Shown in pieces: positions 40,280 to 48,748 of a DNA stretch of 64,000 bases (position 1 is its first letter; each line of letters begins with the position of its first letter). The position numbers and the translations under genes are program-made. This stretch comes from Myxococcales bacterium. Lineage in GTDB: Bacteria > Myxococcota_A > Polyangia > Polyangiales > DASUME01. The notes below the pieces were generated by a model. The model was not told the origin of the DNA and made no database searches. It saw only the letters and a program-made list of their open reading frames with translations. The stretch spans positions 5,184,001 through 5,248,000 of the forward strand of contig JASGJH010000001.1 of NCBI GenBank assembly GCA_047601445.1, read 5' to 3'.

Positions 40280-43200
40280 TCAGGGGGGCGGTTCCCAAAT
40301 CTGGCGCACGATGGCGAAGACACTGATCTCGGCGGACACTTGATACGTGCCGCCCGTGGGGAAGGTACTGGGCGGGACCCCGAACGTGGTCCGCGCATAG
40401 GTGAAGGCTCCCATGCCGGTGCTCGCGTTGGTGGTGGCCGAATAGCGGTAGAACTTGATGCCCGCATCCGCAAACTGGGCGGCCACCCAGTACGTGGTGT
40501 TCTTGTGCAGCACGGGCTTCGCGTCGGGCGTTCCGAGCGAAGAGGACCCGCCGTTGACAGTGGCAATCCCGGAGCTCGTGATCAGCGCGTCCGGAACGTG
40601 GTTGCTGCCCTCGACCTTGTCGGACCAGATCGAAAAGAATCACGCCCTGATTCGTCGCGGGAGCCGCTTGCACGAGCATGCCCATGCCCTCGAGTTTGAC
40701 CTCGACGGTCGGCCTGAAAGGTTGGGCGAAGATGCGTCCGCTGCTGATGTCCGATTGCGGGTAAACGGTGCCGCCGGTGGCCGAGTTGTGGTCGAGGTAC
40801 TTGGCGTCGTTGGTGATGCACTTGCCCACGCTGGCATCGCACAGAAGGTTGGGATACGTGCAGTTGCTGACCGGATCGTAGGTGCCGTCCGTGTCGCAGT
40901 GGTGAGCGTTGCCGCTGGAGTCGCAAAAGTCGCGCTTCTTCGGATCGTTGTAACCGCACTCACCGCGGCACTGATTGTTGTAACAGGTCAACCCGGCCGT
41001 GGTGGCCGTCGCGCAGACGCGGGAAGTCTCCATGTAGACGCAACCGTCGGAGTCTGTCTTGCACGAGCGCTCGGTGTCGCCATTGCAGCTCGGATTGGCT
41101 CCGAACGGGCAGAGGTTGTTGGTGTCGGGCTTGCAAGTGCACTTGATCCCGGTGGAGATCTCGCTGCAGTCCTGGTGCAGCCCACAGCTCCCTGACACGC
41201 AGCGCTGGAGGTCGCAGTTCTTCCCGCTCCAGCCCGCCGGGCAGCTGCAGGTATAGGTGTTGGCCGGCGTGTTGGTGCAGGGGGCGCCGTGCTGACAGGG
41301 GCTGTTCAGGCACTCGTTGATGTCTTCGCAGCCGAGGCCGTTGGAGGTGGACTGATTCCCGCTGCCGCAGGGGACACAGTTGTAGGTTCCAGCAACGTTG
41401 CTGCAGTACTTGTCCGTGCCGCACACGCTCCGGCTCGTGCACTCGTTGAAGTCCTGCTCGCACAAATCACCGACGTAACCCGTGCCCGCGCAGCCGCAGG
41501 AGAAGCCACCGCTGAAGTTGCTGCAGGAGCCACCATGCAGGCAAGGACTCGGAACCGTCGAGCACTCGTTGATGTCCTCACAGGCCAGACCGTTGGACGT
41601 GGACTGCATGCCCGTGCCGCAGGGCTCGCAAGAGGAACTTCCCACGGTGTTGACGCAGCGCTTGCTATTGCCGCACACGCTGCGACTGGTGCACTCGTTG
41701 AAGTCGTTCTCGCAGCGGTTGCCCGTGTAGCCGGTACCCGCGCAGTCGCACGTATAGCTGCCGGCCGTGTTGGTGCAGGCCCCACCGTGCAAGCACGAGT
41801 TGGTGGGATTGCACTCGTCGTTGTCCGTGCAGGTGACGCCGTTGCCGCTATAGCCGGTCTTGCACGTGCATGTAAAAGAGCCGTCGGTGTCGGCGCAAGT
41901 AGCGTTGGCCGAGCAGTTGTTGCCGCCGCCTGCCGCGCACTCGTTCTTGTTGGTGCAACCCGTGCCGCCCGCGTTGGTGCGGACACCGTTGCCCGTGTAG
42001 CCGGTGCGGCAACCGCACTGGAAGTTGGCGCCGCCGGTAGAGGTGCAGGTGCCGTTGCTGGCGGTGTCGACGCAGTTGTCCTGATCTGCTTCGCAGGCGC
42101 CCGACAATGTACAGGTGGGCCGGCCGTCCGCGCCGATGGTCTGCGTATACCCGGCCTGGCAGGTGCACGCATAGGAGCCATTGGTGTTGGAAGAGCACGT
42201 GCCCTTGGAGCCGCAGTTGTGGGTCCCGCGGCTGCACTCGTCGATGTCGACGCAGTTCAAGCCGTCCGACGAGGCCTCGAAGCCAGTGCCGCACAGATCA
42301 CACGAGTAGCTGCCCGCCGTATTGGTGCACTTGCGATCATTGCCGCAGACCGCGCGCCCAGTGCACTCGTTCACGTCGCTGTCGCAGATCGGTGTCCCCG
42401 TCCAGCCGGTGTTGCAGAAGCAGGAGAATCCGTTGACCTGATCGCTGCACGTGCCGTGCACGCATGGATTGGGGGAACAGTCGTTGCTGTTCTGACAGCT
42501 GAGCCCCATCGGCCCGAGCATGTATCCGGGCACGGTGCAGCTACAGGAGTAGGAGTTCACCCCGTCCACGCAGGAGCCGCCCGGGGTGCAGGCGTTGGAC
42601 GGACAATCGTTGACGGGCGACTGGCACTGATCGCCCATGAAACCGGTGCCGTTGCAATCGCAGGAGAAGCCAGGCGCCTGGTCGGTGCAGGTGCCGTGCG
42701 CGCACGGGCTGGTCGGGTGGCACGCGTCCGGATCGGTCTCGCAGAGCTTGCCTTCATAGCCAGGTCGGCACTGGCACGTCACCGAGCCGAGGCCGTCGGT
42801 GCAGGTGCCGTTGTTCTTGCATGGATTGGTGGGCTTGCAGTCGTCGGGGTTGACGCACGTTCCGCCCTGGTCGACGTAGCCCGTATTGCACACGCACTCG
42901 CGCAGCGTGCCCGTGACCTTGCAGGTTGCGTGGGGGTCGCAGTCGAGCTGCTCGCACTCGGAATCGAACTCGCAGGAGTTGAGCCCGTCACCGATATACG
43001 CAGGCAAGCAAGCGCACTTCGCCTCGCCGTCCACGATGGAACAGGTGGCCACTTGCTCCAGGCACCCCTTGAGCTGGCACTTGTCGACGCACTCGCTGCC
43101 GTCGCCATGGACGTCCGCGTAGCCGCTGTCGCAGGTGCACGTGTGGCCGCCCAGGGTATTGCCGCAGCGGGCGTTGGGACCGCAGCCGCCCCCCTCGAGC

Positions 43201-43661
43201 TGGCACTCGTCGATGTCCTCGCACACGCCATCGACGAACTCGTAGCCCGTGTTGCATACGCAGCCCGAGCCGCCATCCACGAAGGCGCATTTGGCGTTGG
43301 CATCGCACAGGAGGCCGCTGCAGTCGGGCGTGGCCTCGGCGTCGGGAGCGGCATCGACCAGGGCCGCGTCGAAGCTCGCATCCGTGGATGCATCCATGGA
43401 CGCATCCATGTCGGGTCCGCCGGAGTCCGGCGTGCGTGCGGGCTGACATCGGCCCGCCACGCAGAGCTCGCCGGCAATGCACTCCATGTGTGAGTCGCAG
43501 GGACAGGGCTCCTCGCCGCAGGCCGAGAAGCGCGCTTGATCGACGCTTCCTTCCTCGATGCCGAGCACGAGATTGCAGCCCTGGGCGCCCGCCAGCACGA
43601 CGAGCCAAACCATCTGCAGCGTCAGCCAGACGGTTCGCCCCCGCCGTCCCTGGAAGCTCAC
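40280..43661 (-). CDS. Lipoprotein with about 17-18 EGF/calcium-binding EGF repeats and a C-terminal beta-sandwich domain; frameshifted at ~40638 (likely sequencing error)
   Basis: GTG 43661 overlaps the upstream stop; lipobox AQGC; DIDEC/DINEC/DFNEC repeats; the C-terminal domain matches that of 32479..34803 across the frameshift. Confidence 0.88.
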
Positions 43662-44734
43662 CACGTGGCCTCCCAGCGCGCACCCGCGAAGCCCGGCGCA
43701 AGCTCGGGTCGCAAGTGTGAGAGGGCCGCGGGTTTGGCCTCGTCTCGCTTGGCGGTAGGCCAAAAGTACAGGAAGGCTCCCGCTGCGATGGCCGCGCCCG
43801 CGATCGCGAACGTCACGGTGGCTCCATTGGCCAGGCGCAGCGCGTGGTCGTTGGTGCGCTTGGCGGCTTGGCTCGGGCACGAGCCGTGGTCACAGCCCGA
43901 CTGATCGTTCTTCTGCTTGGCCAGCACCCCCAAGGTGACACCGGCGGCCAGACTCGCGACGCCCACCGCGGCGGACACCAGGCCTGCCTTGCGTCGAATA
44001 CTCAGGCCGGCGCGCGGAGGCCGAGTGGGCTCGACACTCTTGTCTGGCTGCGGGGTGGACGGCTTCGGCGTGACCACGACCTGCGGCTCTGCGGGCGCGT
44101 TCGGCTTGAGCGCGATGTTGATCACGGCATCTTCGCGAGGCTTGATCGAAAGCCTGCGCGTCTCGTCCTGGTAGCCCGGGGCGCTGACCGTAAGCTCGTG
44201 GTTGCCCGGGTCGAGCAGCACCTTGCCGTCGACGAACACGGGCGCCGCCAGGTCGATCTTGATCTCCGCATCGGTGGGCGTGACCTCGAAGACGAAGCTG
44301 CCCACGAAAGAACGAGCTCGCCCGATGACGTCGGCGAGCTTCTTGCGCTCGTCGTCGTTGAGAGGCTTACGAGTATCCTCGAGGGCCTTGGTCAGGTAGA
44401 CCAGGGAAGCCACGTAGCTCTTCTCCTCGAAGGCACACAGACCCATCGCGCGAAACGTGCGAGCGCTGGGCGAGAGTTCATGGGCGCGCTCGAAGAGGGC
44501 GCGGGCCTCGGTCCAGTTGCCTAGCTCGAACTCGGCCACGGCCTGGCGCAGGATCTTCTGGAAGTTCGCCTGCTCCGCCGTCTCGGGAGCCTTGCGCTTC
44601 GTTCCACTCTCGGCGCGCGCGCCCGAGGGCGTGCCTCGACCTTCAGCAGACGCTGTCTGCCAGGGAGCCAAGCCCAGGGTTAACACCAGTCCCAGCTGCA
44701 GCAGCACGCCACGCCACGTGCGCGTGAACTTCAC
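43658..44734 (-). CDS. Secreted TPR + PEGA domain protein
   Basis: Signal peptide after GTG 44734; AVAEFELGNWTEARALFERAH..PSARTFRAMG; PEGA; two hydrophobic helices; C-terminal GARWEATW. Confidence 0.88.
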   Translation of the reverse strand: MKFTRTWRGVLLQLGLVLTLGLAPWQTASAEGRGTPSGARAESGTKRKAPETAEQANFQKILRQAVAEFELGNWTEARALFERAHELSPSARTFRAMGLCAFEEKSYVASLVYLTKALEDTRKPLNDDERKKLADVIGRARSFVGSFVFEVTPTDAEIKIDLAAPVFVDGKVLLDPGNHELTVSAPGYQDETRRLSIKPREDAVINIALKPNAPAEPQVVVTPKPSTPQPDKSVEPTRPPRAGLSIRRKAGLVSAAVGVASLAAGVTLGVLAKQKNDQSGCDHGSCPSQAAKRTNDHALRLANGATVTFAIAGAAIAAGAFLYFWPTAKRDEAKPAALSHLRPELAPGFAGARWEATW

Positions 44735-44992
44735 CTGGCGCGATCGCTTCCCCCGAGGCGATGCCAAAGATGAGCCGCATACGCTGCGGAAGAGCCACGT
44801 GTGCATAGCGCGGCGAAGCTATCCGTAGCTGTCTTACACCGCAATGCATGTTGAGGGTGATCGCGGGCCAACGCGCGCTGCGTGAGCCGACGCGACAATC
44901 ACGCGCGATGCTGCGCGTTCGCGGCGTCTGACACTCATACGAGTGTCAGGTTTTCTGGAACGGGAGGCGGCTCAGCGGACTCGAGCAAACAC

Positions 44993-45949
44993 TCAGAAGC
45001 GACCGGTAACGCCCGCACCCCAGGGATTCACGTAGAACGCGGTGGACGGCTTGTCGCCTTCCGTGCGCCTGCCCTCGACGAACCAAGCCGCGACGGCGCC
45101 GGCCAACAGCGCACCAGCTACACCGAAGGAGACGTTCGCCCCAAGCTGCATGCCTTGCCCCTCCGACTTGAGTGACCCGCACGAGTCGCCATTCTTCTGA
45201 CACGCCTTGAAGTCGTCGTTCTTCCCGCTCGCGACCACCCCGAGTGCGATGCCGATGCCGCCTGCGGCGATCGCGCTGCCGCCGAGCACCCAGGTCCAGA
45301 TGCGCGGCTTGCGTGCACTCGTCGGCTCCGTGGTCGGTCCCTGACTGGTAGGCGTGGCGAGTTGAACCACGGCGGTAGGTTCGGGCTCGTTGCTGCCAGC
45401 GACCCGCAGCTCGATCGAGAGCTGCTCGCGGCGCGGCTCCACGATTTGCAGATCCTGGCGTGCCTCTTGGTAGCCCGCGGCGCGCACGACCACACTGTGA
45501 TTGCCTGGGTCCAGGAACAGCTGGCCATCGCGCAGGGAGGCCGCCTTGCCATCGACCAACACCTCGGCATCCGCCGGGGTCACCGACACCTGATAGACCG
45601 CCACGAACTCGCGCGCCCGGGCGAGCAGCTGGCTGACCTCTTCACGCGCCTTGGCGTTCAGGGGCTTGCGGTTGTCGGCCAGGGCCGCCTCGAGCTCGGC
45701 GATGGCGTCCACGTAGCGGCGGAGCTCGAAGGCCGTGAGCCCGAGGCTGCGCCAGGTGCGGGCGTTGGGGTTGAGGTTGTGCGCTTGCTGGAAGAGCACT
45801 CGGGCCTCCACCCAGTTGCCAGCGTCGAACTCCGCGACAGCACGCTTGATCACCGCGGTGTACTCGGAAGATTCCTGAGCCAGGGACGGGGACGGGCTCG
45901 CAAGGGCCGCACAGACGACGACGAACAGAACAGCAAAGAGGGCGCGCAT
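44993..45949 (-). CDS. Secreted TPR + PEGA domain protein
   Basis: Signal peptide; AVAEFDAGNWVEARVLF..AH..PNARTWRSLG; PADAEVLVDG...PGNH...AAGY; C-terminal GAGVTGRF. Confidence 0.9.
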   Translation of the reverse strand: MRALFAVLFVVVCAALASPSPSLAQESSEYTAVIKRAVAEFDAGNWVEARVLFQQAHNLNPNARTWRSLGLTAFELRRYVDAIAELEAALADNRKPLNAKAREEVSQLLARAREFVAVYQVSVTPADAEVLVDGKAASLRDGQLFLDPGNHSVVVRAAGYQEARQDLQIVEPRREQLSIELRVAGSNEPEPTAVVQLATPTSQGPTTEPTSARKPRIWTWVLGGSAIAAGGIGIALGVVASGKNDDFKACQKNGDSCGSLKSEGQGMQLGANVSFGVAGALLAGAVAAWFVEGRRTEGDKPSTAFYVNPWGAGVTGRF

Positions 45950-46151
45950 GGGGTCTCCTGAGGACTGCGCCTACCTATTCGCTCAGGGAGAGTCAAGGAT
46001 GGTCGGGGTGACCGCTCCCAGGGCAGGACATCCTGCAGGAAAACCTGCGGGGGAGATCACCAGGCAGACCGGAACGCCGTCCAGGGTTCACCCCTTCTTT
46101 TCTCGTTGCCGCCCCAGACAGCCAAGCATACTCAGGCTCTTGAGGTTTCCC

Positions 46152-46730
46152 ATGAAACTCAGGCTCCTGCTCGCCCTGGCCTCGTCGCTGGCCTTCGTCC
46201 CGATCGCAAGCTCGATCGGCCAGGCCCAAGACTCCGGCTCCCCTGCCCAGCAAGTGGCCAGCGCGCCGCCGGCGGCCAGCCGGGCCAGCGGGGTACGGGT
46301 CACGGTGGTGGTCGAGTCCGAACAGGCCGGCATCGCCCAACGCTTGCGAGAGGCGCTCGCGCATCAGTCCGGCGTTCAAGTGAGCGGACTCGAAGAGGCT
46401 TTGAACGAGGGCAGCCAAGCTCCGCGCGTGCTGCTCACGGTATCGCGCGGCGCGCAGGGGAGCGTCAACGTGGTGTATTGGGACAGCACCGGGAAGGTGG
46501 AGGCGTTGTCCGCCCCGCTGCCCGCTGCCGAGGGCGGCTTCGAGCTGGTGGCGTCCACGCTGGGCTCGGCGCTGTTGAGCCGCAACCTGCCGCGTTTCAA
46601 CGCCCAGGGCGACTCGGGAGACTGCACGAGCTGCGAGTTCAAGCGTCTGGTCGCTGACTTGCGCGCGCACGCCATGAACATGGTGCCGGTCCGCAGGCGT
46701 ACGTTTCCAATCAGCCTCGACGACTTTTGA
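46152..46730 (+). CDS. Hypothetical secreted protein ending in RRRTFPISLDDF
   Basis: GAGG RBS; signal peptide MKLRLLLALASSLAFVPIASSIGQA; CTSC; directly upstream of a kinase. Confidence 0.7.
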   Translation: MKLRLLLALASSLAFVPIASSIGQAQDSGSPAQQVASAPPAASRASGVRVTVVVESEQAGIAQRLREALAHQSGVQVSGLEEALNEGSQAPRVLLTVSRGAQGSVNVVYWDSTGKVEALSAPLPAAEGGFELVASTLGSALLSRNLPRFNAQGDSGDCTSCEFKRLVADLRAHAMNMVPVRRRTFPISLDDF

Positions 46731-46955
46731 GCTCACCCCGCCCCGCATCCAGACGGCACGAGTCAGCCGAGTCATGTCGCGCGTGCGGCGAGTGGTTCGC
46801 TTGGCGTGAGGCAGGTCTCAAGACAGAGCTTTTCCTCTTTCTCTCACCCCAAACACTCGCTGATCTTACGGCCTCAGCTAGTATCCTGCCGAGCAGCTGC
46901 AGAGAGTTCGGTCCGCACGGCCGAATGCACCTCCAGCGGGCTGCGTAAGAACCTC

Positions 46956-48533
46956 ATGCAACACGATGCCCTCCCGAGCGTTGGTGATACCGTCGGCAAC
47001 TATCAGGTGCTGCGGCGCATCGGTGCAGGCGGCATGGGCGTGGTCTTCGAGGCTCTCAACGTCGATACCGATGGCAAGGTCGCGCTCAAGTTCCTGAGCC
47101 CGGAGCTCTTGAACAATCCCGAGGCGGTCAAACGCTTCCGGCTCGAAGCAAAGGCCACCGGGCGCATTCAGCACCCCAACGTAGTCGCCGTGCACAACAT
47201 CGGAGAACACCGCGGCCAGCTCTACCTGGTGATGGAGTTCCTGCGCGGGCGCTCGCTGCGCGAGGAGCTCTCCAAGGGCCTGTTCGACGTGGCCCGTGCC
47301 CTCGAGGTGATGTTCCCGGTCATGCGCGGCGTGGCCGCGGCCCACGCGGTGGGTGTTCTGCACCGGGATCTCAAGCCCGAGAACATCTTCCTGGCCGAGT
47401 CGCCGGACGGCCTGGCCCCCATCCCCAAGGTGCTCGACTTCGGCATCGCCAAGCTCACGTCGGAGGTCGAAGGCACCCACGGCGGCGCGTCGGCGCGCAC
47501 GGCCTTCATGGGGACCTACCAGTACATGGCCTTCGAGCAGCTGCACGCGCGCAAGGACCTCGACGGCCGCGTCGACGTGTACGCGCTGGGCACCGTGCTC
47601 TACCACGTCGTGACGGGCGCTTTGCCCTATCGCGCCGACAACCCGGTCGACCTGGCGTTGGCGATGCTGCAGTCGGACCCGATGCCCGCCAACTACTACA
47701 CCCCGTCTTTGCCCGAGGGCTTTTCGGAGGTGCTCAACATGGCCCTGGCGCGCGACCGCGACCAGCGCTTCCCCGACATCGAGGCCTTCGCCCAGGCGCT
47801 CACGCCCTACGCCAACGGCGGGGTCTACAAGGGCTCCGGCGACTCGCGCCCGCTGCGCGCACCCGGTCCCCACGCGAGCCACAAGACGCCCGCGCCGGGC
47901 GCCTTCACGCCTCCGCCGCGCAGCCCCGACTCGGGCCGCGTGCCGGGTGTCTTCTCGAGCCCCACGCCCTTCGTGGTGCGCAAGGACTACGACGACACGG
48001 CTCCCCCGCGTCCCCAGCGCTCCTCGGGGCTCTTGTGGATCGGCGGTTCCACCGTGGCGGCTGCGCTCGGCTTTGCGGGCTACATGTTCCTGCGTCCGGC
48101 GAACGTCGCGCCGCCACCCCTGCCTACCGCCCCAGCGGCCCAGGCCGAGCGTCCTGGTGTGCCCACCTCGCCGGTATCGGCCGCCATGCCGCGCGCAGCC
48201 CTACCGGCCGACGCAGGCGCCGAAAACGACGACTGGGCAGCCGCGGGGCAGGGAAGCGCCGCGCCACAGCTCCAGGCGCCGCCTCAGCTCCAACCTCAGC
48301 GGGTCGAGCAGCAGCCGACCGAGACGCGAGGTAGCAATACCCCGGAGCTCGCCATCGACCCACGTGCGGGCCAGCCGGAGCACAGCCGTCAGCGGCCGTC
48401 GACTCAGCAGCCGCGGGAGACGACGAGTTCGAGCCACGAGCGCACGAGTCGTCCGCGGCGCGAGACGCAGGGGACGTCCGAGGGCGCACCGCGCACGCGC
48501 AGCGGCCTGGGCGTGTCGTCGGAGGAGTTCTGA
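46956..48533 (+). CDS. Membrane-anchored Hanks-type Ser/Thr protein kinase
   Basis: IGAGGMGVV, VALK, HRDLKPEN, DFG, YMAFEQ (atypical APE), VDVY; one TM; tail ending RSGLGVSSEEF. Confidence 0.95.
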   Translation: MQHDALPSVGDTVGNYQVLRRIGAGGMGVVFEALNVDTDGKVALKFLSPELLNNPEAVKRFRLEAKATGRIQHPNVVAVHNIGEHRGQLYLVMEFLRGRSLREELSKGLFDVARALEVMFPVMRGVAAAHAVGVLHRDLKPENIFLAESPDGLAPIPKVLDFGIAKLTSEVEGTHGGASARTAFMGTYQYMAFEQLHARKDLDGRVDVYALGTVLYHVVTGALPYRADNPVDLALAMLQSDPMPANYYTPSLPEGFSEVLNMALARDRDQRFPDIEAFAQALTPYANGGVYKGSGDSRPLRAPGPHASHKTPAPGAFTPPPRSPDSGRVPGVFSSPTPFVVRKDYDDTAPPRPQRSSGLLWIGGSTVAAALGFAGYMFLRPANVAPPPLPTAPAAQAERPGVPTSPVSAAMPRAALPADAGAENDDWAAAGQGSAAPQLQAPPQLQPQRVEQQPTETRGSNTPELAIDPRAGQPEHSRQRPSTQQPRETTSSSHERTSRPRRETQGTSEGAPRTRSGLGVSSEEF

Positions 48534-48748
48534 GCGCTGCGTGCCCGGGCCCCTGGGCGCTGCGTGGTCAGGCATGTCGGGAGCGTCCGCCTGGAAAGGT
48601 TGGGCGACACTCGGCCATTCGGGGTGCTGGCGCTTCGCGCGAGGCGATGAAGCCGGTAAGGTAGGCCAGTTCGTGGATCAGGCTCGCCAAAGCGGGTAAG
48701 TAGCCCTCGGGGATTTGGTTTCTCTGCAGGTCAGGAGAGTGGGCTTCG

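Noticed and set aside
34276..40812. Recombinase-driven shufflon or composite transposon
   Set aside because: No recombinase or transposase in the window, and the arms are diverged coding domains; only homologous inversion remains possible.
40161..43880. 1239-aa ORF as given in the track
   Set aside because: The first ~73 aa overlap the upstream PEGA gene and the last ~160 aa are off-frame; the corrected gene is 43661..40280.
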